From IMG/VR virus record IMGVR_UViG_3300028591_000073, positions 32,001 through 96,000 of that record: a stretch of 64,000 nt of DNA. The stretch is one strand, 5' to 3'. Below are positions 51,854 through 60,896 of this stretch, one piece after another; position 1 is the stretch's first letter, and the number at the start of each line of letters is the position of its first letter. The DNA is from a virus (taxonomy: Duplodnaviria; Caudoviricetes). The translations under genes and the position numbers were made by a program. A model generated the notes under the pieces. It was not told the DNA's origin. It worked only from the letters and a program-made list of their open reading frames with translations, and did not search any database.

Positions 51854-52411
51854 TTATTCTGTTTTATCAAGCTTCATTGAGTCTGAGAGTTTCGCAATGA
51901 TGTCATCTAATGACATACCATCTGTCGGCTTCATGATAACCTCTACCTGTGCAACATGCACGAGTTCAGATACCAATCTGACATAGTCTTCCATATACAG
52001 CAATGCTTCTTCTGCCTTTGTTTCAAAGATGAATCCGGAATAATCCAATTCAGGAACTCCCATCTCTTTGAATGCGTTCTGCACGAGGTCGATAATCTCA
52101 TTCGCCAGATTGGTTCTGTCATCACCAATGGGTGCTTGACGCATGTCACGTGCCTTTGCCATAATCGCAAGCACATTGCTTAACATGGTTGGACCATTGT
52201 TCAACCAAACGGATTCCCAATCCATTGATGAATATTCCATCGTCAGACTGGTTCCAGATGCCAAATGGATTTCCAATTTGTCATCTGCTTCTTCTTCAAT
52301 TTCTTCCGGTGTGTACAGTTCCACATCTGATGCATCTACCTCGATGGTATCTGTGGATTCTGTCAATGCTTCATCGAGCATCTGTGCGGTTGTTTTCAGT
52401 TCTTCGTTCAT
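51854..52411 (-). CDS. Acidic hypothetical protein
   Basis: AGGAGG RBS, 185 aa, downstream hairpin at 51830-51847. Confidence 0.75.
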   Translation of the reverse strand: MNEELKTTAQMLDEALTESTDTIEVDASDVELYTPEEIEEEADDKLEIHLASGTSLTMEYSSMDWESVWLNNGPTMLSNVLAIMAKARDMRQAPIGDDRTNLANEIIDLVQNAFKEMGVPELDYSGFIFETKAEEALLYMEDYVRLVSELVHVAQVEVIMKPTDGMSLDDIIAKLSDSMKLDKTE

Positions 52412-52515
52412 GACGAATTCCTCCTATTTGATAAATTGTATTTGATTGTGTATCACGAAAATGTAAATATCTCATGATATCAATAAAATATTATATATAC
52501 GGAAGGGTGATTTAT

Positions 52516-52815
52516 ATGATGCAATTCAGTATCATTACCATTACATCGTTTGTCACAATGTTGAATAACATCGTAATTTATGTGGCAAAAACTACTTTTG
52601 AATTTGACATCAAAAAATACATCCCCATTATCTCCATCTTCTTTGGATTGATCCTTGGTATTATCGGATACTTCATGGAAGATGTAGACATGGGGACGAA
52701 TTTAGTTGAAGCTATTTTTATCGGCATTAGCAGTGGTGCATCTGCCACCGGCATTGATCAGGTTGGTAAACAGCTGAACAAATTAGATGACTTTTACAAA
52801 TCAGATGACTTTTAA
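52516..52815 (+). CDS. Phage holin
   Basis: Met-Met start after GAAGGGTG, three hydrophobic segments, KYIPIIS and G..SG.SATG..Q..KQL motifs of Firmicutes phage holins. Confidence 0.75.
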   Translation: MMQFSIITITSFVTMLNNIVIYVAKTTFEFDIKKYIPIISIFFGLILGIIGYFMEDVDMGTNLVEAIFIGISSGASATGIDQVGKQLNKLDDFYKSDDF

Positions 52816-53099
52816 CCGACATATTTCAAGTCATCTTTGCCATCTGTTCCTTGGAGAAAGTCGTACTTTACGCCATCTCTCTGAATGAAGCAAGATGTTT
52901 TATCTCCTTCTTTGTAATAACGGAGCTTGGTCCATCTTGGATTATATCCATACATGGACGAGATTCTGTCATCACAAAAGCATGTTCTGACCATGTCTTC
53001 GCATCTCTCCATAATAACAAGAGAGATATCAACTGTCAGTGGAATTGTGCAGATACAATTATCAATCTCACACATACGGTTTCTTGCGTTCTTTGTCAT
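52812..53099 (-). CDS. Hypothetical protein
   Basis: ATG at 53099 with AAGGAGG RBS. Confidence 0.7.
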   Translation of the reverse strand: MTKNARNRMCEIDNCICTIPLTVDISLVIMERCEDMVRTCFCDDRISSMYGYNPRWTKLRYYKEGDKTSCFIQRDGVKYDFLQGTDGKDDLKYVG

Positions 53100-53161
53100 A
53101 ATAATTTCCTCCTTAAAAATGTTGGGACCCGGCATATGCCGGGTCCACTGATTGATTTTAT

Positions 53162-53410
53162 TTAGCAAACATGTTTTCCGTATACATATTTTCCGTCATA
53201 GACAACACGGAATTCTTCACCAATGATGTTTGGATTGTTGAAGATTCTCTTGATGTCTTCCTCATATGTTTCAGATTTATAATTCCCGAGGATTGCACGT
53301 TCTTGACGAGTTGTTTTCATCTCAACGCCATCCTCTGTAATGACCTGCATTTTTCCAAGTTTGTCAATCATGATAATGTCGATTGCTAGACCTTTTTTGT
53401 GTCTACCCAT
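53162..53410 (-). CDS. Hypothetical protein
   Basis: AGAGGT RBS, 82 aa. Confidence 0.65.
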   Translation of the reverse strand: MGRHKKGLAIDIIMIDKLGKMQVITEDGVEMKTTRQERAILGNYKSETYEEDIKRIFNNPNIIGEEFRVVYDGKYVYGKHVC

Positions 53411-53459
53411 TTTTGATTACCTCTTTCATATGATTTTTAGATATATAACTGTTAATGAT

Positions 53460-53726
53460 TCAGCTGACAAGAATCCATACAGTTTCACCTTCTTCAATAT
53501 TCCTGCCATCGATTTTAATAACACGGGAGCCATCCCATGTGGTAGAATACTTATTCGTATCACGTACTGCAACCGTATCATCAATTCTGACGGGATATAC
53601 ATGTGGGGATTCATGCACATTCCCAACAAGTACGGTACGGATACCGATAATCATAAGTACGATAACAATCATTGCAATTGTACCAATCATGGCAAGTTTT
53701 ACACGGACATTATTCTTTTTATTCAT
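53460..53726 (-). CDS. Small protein with N-terminal membrane anchor
   Basis: Basic N-terminus plus a hydrophobic stretch; GAAAGGA RBS. Confidence 0.65.
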   Translation of the reverse strand: MNKKNNVRVKLAMIGTIAMIVIVLMIIGIRTVLVGNVHESPHVYPVRIDDTVAVRDTNKYSTTWDGSRVIKIDGRNIEEGETVWILVS

Positions 53727-53817
53727 AATTAAAATCCTTTCTAATTATAGTCCTTTCACGGAATGATAATTTTGGTATTGTAACACCCATTATTGTTCAC
53801 GCGAAAGGAGAATTTTT

Positions 53818-54330
53818 ATGTTTGATACAGAACAAATCACCGCTATAATTATTGCGGTTCTCGGCTCCGGAGGAGTTGGCTCAGTCATCACAACCATCTT
53901 CCAACGAAAGAAGAATGCAGCAGAAATTGCACAACTCCGGCAACAGGTATCAGATGCTGAGGCTGATACCAAAATCAAGATCGACGATCATATCCAAAAG
54001 CGAATGTTGGAGCTTTCGGATACATACAAAAAGGAGTTTGAGAGTAGAACGGCCGAGCTCAAGGAATTACGTCAGCAAAATGAATTACTTGAGCAAAGAT
54101 TGAAACAGCAAGTGGGGAATCTCGAGACACAGATTAACCAATTGATGTCTTGGGTTGTGTATGACTCGATGCGATATCAGGAATGGTTGGAGAAAGAACT
54201 CTTAGCGAGGGAACCCAATATTCAATTTCCCAAATTTAGGAAACCGCCCAAATTTGTTCAACAATTTATGGATGCTGAAAATGATGCACCAGATACTCCA
54301 CCTCAAGGATTTACAGAAGATTCAGAATAA
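53818..54330 (+). CDS. Single-TM coiled-coil protein (holin/lysis accessory-like)
   Basis: AIIIAVLGSGGVGSVIT TM segment followed by a long coiled coil; GAAAGGAG RBS. Confidence 0.6.
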   Translation: MFDTEQITAIIIAVLGSGGVGSVITTIFQRKKNAAEIAQLRQQVSDAEADTKIKIDDHIQKRMLELSDTYKKEFESRTAELKELRQQNELLEQRLKQQVGNLETQINQLMSWVVYDSMRYQEWLEKELLAREPNIQFPKFRKPPKFVQQFMDAENDAPDTPPQGFTEDSE

Positions 54331-54361
54331 TATTAAGAACGGGGGCTAATGCCCCCGTCTA

Positions 54362-54727
54362 TTATTTATTCTGATTTGGATTGTTTGCATCCTTGATAAT
54401 CTGCAGTGTTTTAATGACTGTATCAATGTCTTCAATATCGATACGTCCACATTCTTTCAATATTTGTTGAATATCATATGCTTCTTTAGCCAACAAACGA
54501 TTGTATGCTTCCAACCAAATCTGTTGAATATGGCTGAAGACGCCATATGATGTAATCGATGTCAATAAGAATGTGATGACTCTCGCTGTTGTGATTGGAA
54601 TGTTGAACTGATTTGACAATTCAGTTGGAATCAGCATCGAAGCAAGCGATGTACCAACCACACATGCCACACCAATACACTTATAAGTTGATAACATTCC
54701 ATTGGCTGTTGTTGCTTTTGCTCTCAT
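54362..54727 (-). CDS. Two-TM membrane protein
   Basis: GAAAGGAG RBS and two hydrophobic segments. Confidence 0.65.
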   Translation of the reverse strand: MRAKATTANGMLSTYKCIGVACVVGTSLASMLIPTELSNQFNIPITTARVITFLLTSITSYGVFSHIQQIWLEAYNRLLAKEAYDIQQILKECGRIDIEDIDTVIKTLQIIKDANNPNQNK

Positions 54728-54899
54728 AAATACTCCTTTCGGATAAAAAGAAAATCATGGCACAGATGGGATCATGATTTTCTTTGTGGGATGGGTTATC
54801 GATTGATAACCCATCCTATGTGGATGTTCGGATGATTGATTCACCTATCGGCGGCCGGAACTATTGCTCCGGGTTCACCTACACGGTGATTGATTTCAT

Positions 54900-55379
54900 T
54901 TACCAGATGATTTCACATCTAGTGTTAATGAAATCCATGATGCGGCTATAAAGGCGGCGATATGCCGCATCACCGTCATGCGGGTGTACTCCGTATACTC
55001 CTACAAGTCTTGCAAGGTCGCGAAGTTCACGGCGGGCAAGGCATGAGCACGGATAATATCCATGCCAACCAGATTCACATCCTTCGTGAATCTGGTATGC
55101 AATCTCTCTGCCCACAGAATGGGCTTTGAAATTGCAAACATGCTTCATATCATCAAGGACGTCGAGCGTCTCCTGATGAATGACGTAGCGCTGCTGTACA
55201 GGCGGCGTTGTGGTGCTGTAAGTGCCGCGATATACAGGTCTACCACCCTGATGGTATTGCGGTTGGGGGCTTTCAGGTACAACATAGATTCTGTCGTTAG
55301 ATGTTTCTTTAACTGCATCCTTTACAATCTCTGCGCCGACTGCCACACCGAATAAACCTGCTGCAATTTTTCCTAACAT
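54900..55379 (-). CDS. Hypothetical early-type protein
   Basis: AAGGAGG RBS and upstream promoter motif at 55440-55462. Confidence 0.7.
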   Translation of the reverse strand: MLGKIAAGLFGVAVGAEIVKDAVKETSNDRIYVVPESPQPQYHQGGRPVYRGTYSTTTPPVQQRYVIHQETLDVLDDMKHVCNFKAHSVGREIAYQIHEGCESGWHGYYPCSCLARRELRDLARLVGVYGVHPHDGDAAYRRLYSRIMDFINTRCEIIW

Positions 55380-55439
55380 AATTAATTCCTCCTTTTAATT
55401 TTTTATTTTTTTAATATTATGATTAGGAATGATATATAG

Positions 55440-55462
55440 CTATATCATATTAATCATATATA
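55440..55462 (-). promoter_or_regulatory. Putative phage early promoter
   Basis: TATATATGATTAATATGATATAG, near-identical to 21148-21170. Confidence 0.6.
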
Positions 55463-55464
55463 TA

Positions 55465-57015
55465 TCAAATTTTAGTTTTATCGGAATCTTCTTCGTCATC
55501 AGGTTCCCATGTGATATAGTTCGTCTTTGTTGCCAATGACTTAAATACCTTAGAGCGACTCTTAATCCAGTATCCATCCATTCTGACAGAAGCATCATAA
55601 ATATCATAGAAGTGACAATCTTTTCCACAATAACGAATTCGACCAAAGACTTGTTTGGCTGTTACTTGAGATACAAACGGAGAACAATTGATGATATCCG
55701 TGATTCCGGGAATATCCGTGCCAGTACCACATGATGCAACTGTTGTCACAATCACATCCGCATGTTTGTTCTCTTCATTCTCTGCTTTCGTATTCTTGGA
55801 ATTAATTGTTCGAATGGTCAAGTCATATGCGAATGATTCATCATAATTCAGATTCTTCGTTAAGAAGTAAGAACATTCGGTACATAAGTCAATCAATGGC
55901 ATAAACAATAATACCTTAGCTGATGGATCTTTCTCATAAATCATCTTCAGAATATCTCGACAACATTTGAAATGTGTTTGTTTCTTATCATAAGCAATTA
56001 CCCATTTCCCATACGTGGCTGGATTCATTCCACGACCACCCTCTACACGATACCGAACAATGTTTTGTTTGGCATGTGTGTTTAATTGCACCATGTTATA
56101 TTCCACCCATTTGGATGGTTGGTTGGATGTTAACAATGTGGATGGACGATAGAATGTGGTATTGGCAAACACATGTTTGAAGATAGAATTCTCTGCTTTG
56201 GTACTTCTACCATCTGTTGCTGTCAGATACAGATTTCGTTGCACATTAAATACAAAATCCATGAGTAGTGTATCACGAAATTCCAAATGTGCTTCATCAA
56301 TAATCTTCAATCCAATCCCTAAGTTCTTTGTGATATTTGATGCATCTTTTAGATTCCCAATTCGTTTCAACCCAGCACGGAATGTGGCATGTGTCATCAG
56401 ATATACATCATAATCAAATTCATGATAATCGTGAGCGATATCATATAACTCTTGAGAGTCCTGAATTTCATGAACTTCATCTTCAGATAAACCACACATC
56501 TGATACAATGATTTCAACCATTGTTTTCTTAAAGAATCTCGATGCATGATAATCAATGTTTTCACTCCATACCTACAAGCCGCCACACCTGAACAAAATG
56601 TTTTCCCGACTTGCTAGAAGCCAGGATTTTTAACCAAGAATATTTGCCGGTCATTCTCGTTGTTTTTATGCTGATTAATACCCATAATGAAATTGATACA
56701 ATCGACCTGTTCATTGTTACGAGGTGGAACAATCTCTTCGTATTCAAATTGCATATGACGGGCATCATCTGCTGGCATGTGAACAACTTTTGCATTCCCC
56801 AATAGACGATGGATATATGAAATATCCACACCTTTATGGAAATACAATAAGTCTTGTTCTTCATCGAGAATATATCCAAGTGTCTTTGTCATCTCCTGAA
56901 ACTCATCCTCATACGTTAATAAGTTAATGAGTGGAGAGAGAGGCTCAACAGCCTCTCTTCCAGGATAGATACGAACACTTGTTGCATATACTCTAATTTC
57001 AAATCCTGTACTCAC
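55465..57015 (-). CDS. SF2 DEAH (UvsW-like) helicase interrupted by one in-frame TAG at 56616-56614
   Basis: The two track ORFs are in the same frame: ...KNPGF*QVGKTFCSG.... Downstream motifs: IIDEAH, LTAT, GTDIPG, QVFGRIR. Confidence 0.85.
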
Positions 57016-57053
57016 GTGGCATCACCTACCTTTCTAATTAAAAATCTAATTTG

Positions 57054-57764
57054 TCAGTTCAAACCATCATTTGTATATAATCTCTCCAATTCTTCTGGTG
57101 TAAACTTGGCATATTCATTTGCTCTTTTCTCCGCGGGTATCTCCTCATAATACATCCGGTCATATGTGTAAATCAAATCCTGTTTGGAAATATTATCATC
57201 TTTATTAGCCTTTTCTTTAAACTCATTCATTCGTTTATAAACATCTTTTTCAATTGAATCTTCCTCTTTTGCTCTTTTTACAAATTCAGAATAACTTGTA
57301 CCATTTAACATCACATAATCGATGAAATGACCATATTCATGACGAACAATCAACTTGTAATGATTGATGATATCAGCTATACTGCGTTCGGGATGTTTAC
57401 ACATGGTTCTGCAAATAGCATCCGAAGATATATAGATTGACACATGGTTTATTACGCATTTATCATCATCACAATCCATAATCGTAGTCTGTGTTCTAGC
57501 CGAGCATTCTGGATTCAAACAATTTTTTTCACGAATCCATCTCGCCACTATTTCATCAATTTCCTCATCTGTATAATGTGAATCATGCAGTCTTTCTGTT
57601 TCATCTATCAGAAACCGATAATCCGATGTGATAAGATTGTCAACTGTCAGCCCATGAGTCAATTCCTTCAGTTTAGATTTGATTGGCTCTTCTTTTATTA
57701 CTTTGGATAAGTGTTCATCCATAAAGTTGGTAATCTCGTTAATTACCATTTCAAGATTTGTCAT
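57054..57764 (-). CDS. HExxH zinc metallopeptidase-like protein (ImmA/IrrE-like), copy 2
   Basis: RHEYGH ... EIPAEKRANEYA. Confidence 0.65.
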   Translation of the reverse strand: MTNLEMVINEITNFMDEHLSKVIKEEPIKSKLKELTHGLTVDNLITSDYRFLIDETERLHDSHYTDEEIDEIVARWIREKNCLNPECSARTQTTIMDCDDDKCVINHVSIYISSDAICRTMCKHPERSIADIINHYKLIVRHEYGHFIDYVMLNGTSYSEFVKRAKEEDSIEKDVYKRMNEFKEKANKDDNISKQDLIYTYDRMYYEEIPAEKRANEYAKFTPEELERLYTNDGLN

Positions 57765-57838
57765 AATAAAACTCCTTTCAAAATGTGCGATGCCTAGGAT
57801 ATCCTAGGCATCAGTTACCTTTCTAATTAAAATCTAAT

Positions 57839-58567
57839 TTAGCAGTTCAGATTGTATTTGTTATATAACAACTCCAATTCTTCTGGAGTGAAACCGGCTT
57901 GTTCATTGGCACGCTTCTCAGAAGGTATTTCGTTATGATACATTAAATTGGAAGCATATATAATGTCTCTTAAAGGCAACATCCGATGTTTGAATTCTTC
58001 CAACTTCACAAGAACCTCTTTCTTCTTTTTCTCATCAGCTTCATGCTGTTTCTTCCATTGTTTGATAGGTGTGCCAACTTGACTGATATAGTCTCTGATA
58101 TGACCCATTTCATGACGGAGTGCCAGTTTATTGAATGCTAATACATCATCCAATCTATCCAGATTCAGAAATGCTTGACGATAGAATTCGTCAATCGACA
58201 TATAGATTGTCAAATTTCTATCGAGAACAATAATCTCCTTTTTGTCGGGGTCTTCATCCAAGACTGCTGTACACCACTGACAAATTGACAAGGCTGGTGC
58301 TTGTGGACCGAGAACGGTATAGTCTTCAATCATTTCCAGAATTGCTTTCTCGAAGTAATCCTTTTTATCATCCCCATATAGCTCTCTTAGTCTGTCACGT
58401 TCTTTACGAATAAAAGATGCATCACCAATTGTCTCGATATTGATAGACAACTGTTGATGATATTTGTTACATCTTTCTCTGATAGCTTTATCTTTGAAGA
58501 GTTTATCACATTCCTCATCAAATAAATCCATCAATTCTGTCTGCATTTTCTCAACTAAATTTTCCAT
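57839..58567 (-). CDS. HExxH zinc metallopeptidase-like protein (ImmA/IrrE-like), copy 1
   Basis: RHEMGH ... EIPSEKRANEQA. Confidence 0.65.
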   Translation of the reverse strand: MENLVEKMQTELMDLFDEECDKLFKDKAIRERCNKYHQQLSINIETIGDASFIRKERDRLRELYGDDKKDYFEKAILEMIEDYTVLGPQAPALSICQWCTAVLDEDPDKKEIIVLDRNLTIYMSIDEFYRQAFLNLDRLDDVLAFNKLALRHEMGHIRDYISQVGTPIKQWKKQHEADEKKKKEVLVKLEEFKHRMLPLRDIIYASNLMYHNEIPSEKRANEQAGFTPEELELLYNKYNLNC

Positions 58568-58621
58568 AATAAAACTCCTTTCAAAATGTGTGATGCCCGG
58601 GATATCCCGGGCATCTATCGT

Positions 58622-60880
58622 TTATGATACGAATGCTCTGATGACTTTGACACCAGGTACATGCTTCGGACGAACCGGTGGCATGCTCATTGTAGTTGGG
58701 TCAATACTGTCTACGTGAACTGTCGTGACTCTGGAGTCAGCATGATTCAACGTGACAGTTTGTTCCTTGGTCACACATAATACCGCAATCAAATCATCAT
58801 TGGCAGATAATTTGATGAGGGGTTGTGTATTTCCAAACTTCTTACCAGATATGAGGAATCTGGATTCGTTCAATCTCATTCTACCAAGTCTTGTCACATA
58901 CATGAGAAGTGGCTTCTTAGGATTGAGCATGAACATGCCAGATGCACCATGGTCTTCCTTCATAATGAACTGACCAACAGAATCCAATGATGCAACCTCA
59001 TTCAGTTCGGATACATTGAATCGTTTTCCATATCCATCTGGTGTATACATGAGAATGTCACAATGTTCATCCGCAATATCCAGAATGGATACAATCTCTT
59101 CATCTGCATCTAATGGAATGAGTGGTTTCTTCGTATTCACCTGCAGTTTGTCAATTGGCATATACTTGATTCTACCTTTGTTGGATAAGATAGCTATCTT
59201 GTGAGAGGTATTGGAGACTGCCATGATGCATCTCCCCATTTGCACTTTACCAACGGAAGTTAATGTGAACTTGGTATTATGGGACAGCTTTGTGGTATCC
59301 AACCAAACAAACTGTCCCTTTTCATCAATGAGACACACTTCATCACCTTGAATGGGAATCACATCCGATGATAAGTGTTCGGGATTCTCTGTTTCTGTTA
59401 AGATGAAACTCCCATCAGGTAAGATTTGTACACATCCAATATTTACCACATCAGATGTATTTGCATTGATAATCTTACTTCTTCTGGGATATCCATACTT
59501 CTGTTTGATTTGTTTGATTTCATTGATAATTTCATCGTTAATCTTCTGAGGGTCCTTTACGATTTCCTCAATTCTATTAAGCTCTTCCGTCAGTTCTGCA
59601 ATCTTCTTTTCTGTCTTCAAGAATTCTTCATGGGTGAGTTGATACATCTTCACATCCATCATGTATCTGGCTTGTGATGTTGATACATTTGGATGGAATA
59701 CATCCACCAGTGCTGGAACGATATCATCTTTGGTTTTACAATCCTTAAATGTCTTGATGGTAGTCTGGAGATTCTTGGGAGATAACATAAACATCTTACC
59801 TTCCAGCATGTTAATATCTGTCTTCAACTGAACTGTCTTCCTGAGGAACCATGCACGTTTGGATTGGATGCGAGCACGAATCCATGCCAATAGAATCTGT
59901 TTGACATTATACTTGTGATTCATACCATTATCTACCACCAACATATTTCTGGCGGAGATGGCGATTCGTAAACCATCCACACGTTTGAAGAGTTTATTCA
60001 ATACCTGATACAGATTGCATGGCTTACAACGAATCGTATATTTCAGTTTATCATGAACCAAGTCAGATTCATTATCTGCTGATATAATCTCCGGAATGGG
60101 ATTATTAGAATCTTGAATTTCACAAAGCTTCTTGTTAATCTTGGTCAAGAATTCCTTGTATGGGGTATTAGTGAATGTGATGGTATAATTCACATTATCG
60201 ATATCAAAAGATGATTGCATCCAAAAGGATTCTTCATCCTTGACGATGATATCACATCCAGTTGGTGAATCTGGAACAAGATGAATGTTTGCATTTGGAT
60301 TCTTCAATAACTTAATCGTGGCATCTGCAATCTCCGAAAGATTGTAAGGATAGATATCGGATGATAACGTATACCCGATTCCTGTAGTTCCGTTCAAGAG
60401 GATGATGGGGAACTTCGCCGGAAACCTAATGGGTTCTTCTGAGGTATTATCGTAGTTTGGTTTCATGTCTACCTTACCATCAAATTCATCAAACAATACA
60501 TCATACGCAAATTCAGACACGGACACCTTCCAATATCTTCCTGCACTGGCATTGTTACCGGTATCTTTCGTACCAGCATTTCCATGTGCAACAAACAGTG
60601 GAACATTGTTGGAGAAGTCTTGCGCCATATTTGCAATGATGTCTCTCATCCCCAAATCACCATGGGGATGATATTTCAATACCGCACCACCAAGTGTTGC
60701 CACGGATTCCGTTTGACCTTTACCGTGCGTCTTCAACATGGTGTACAGCAATCTCCGATGGACGGGTTTCAATCCATCATATACCTCAGGGATTGCACGT
60801 TGTACATTTACATTCACACCATAGAGCTTCATCCAATATTCAGCTTGATTGTACATCTCTACTTCTGGAATTTCATTCAT
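58622..60880 (-). CDS. Type IIA DNA topoisomerase subunit A (GyrA/ParC-like)
   Basis: DGLKPVHRRLLY, YHPHGD, catalytic ASAGRY, NGTTGIG and C-terminal beta-pinwheel repeats. Confidence 0.92.
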   Translation of the reverse strand: MNEIPEVEMYNQAEYWMKLYGVNVNVQRAIPEVYDGLKPVHRRLLYTMLKTHGKGQTESVATLGGAVLKYHPHGDLGMRDIIANMAQDFSNNVPLFVAHGNAGTKDTGNNASAGRYWKVSVSEFAYDVLFDEFDGKVDMKPNYDNTSEEPIRFPAKFPIILLNGTTGIGYTLSSDIYPYNLSEIADATIKLLKNPNANIHLVPDSPTGCDIIVKDEESFWMQSSFDIDNVNYTITFTNTPYKEFLTKINKKLCEIQDSNNPIPEIISADNESDLVHDKLKYTIRCKPCNLYQVLNKLFKRVDGLRIAISARNMLVVDNGMNHKYNVKQILLAWIRARIQSKRAWFLRKTVQLKTDINMLEGKMFMLSPKNLQTTIKTFKDCKTKDDIVPALVDVFHPNVSTSQARYMMDVKMYQLTHEEFLKTEKKIAELTEELNRIEEIVKDPQKINDEIINEIKQIKQKYGYPRRSKIINANTSDVVNIGCVQILPDGSFILTETENPEHLSSDVIPIQGDEVCLIDEKGQFVWLDTTKLSHNTKFTLTSVGKVQMGRCIMAVSNTSHKIAILSNKGRIKYMPIDKLQVNTKKPLIPLDADEEIVSILDIADEHCDILMYTPDGYGKRFNVSELNEVASLDSVGQFIMKEDHGASGMFMLNPKKPLLMYVTRLGRMRLNESRFLISGKKFGNTQPLIKLSANDDLIAVLCVTKEQTVTLNHADSRVTTVHVDSIDPTTMSMPPVRPKHVPGVKVIRAFVS

Positions 60881-60896
60881 AACTTATATTTCCTCC

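Noticed and set aside
56608-56616. Self-splicing group I intron in the helicase
   Set aside because: Nine nucleotides cannot hold a catalytic core; at most this is a scar or a trans-processed element.
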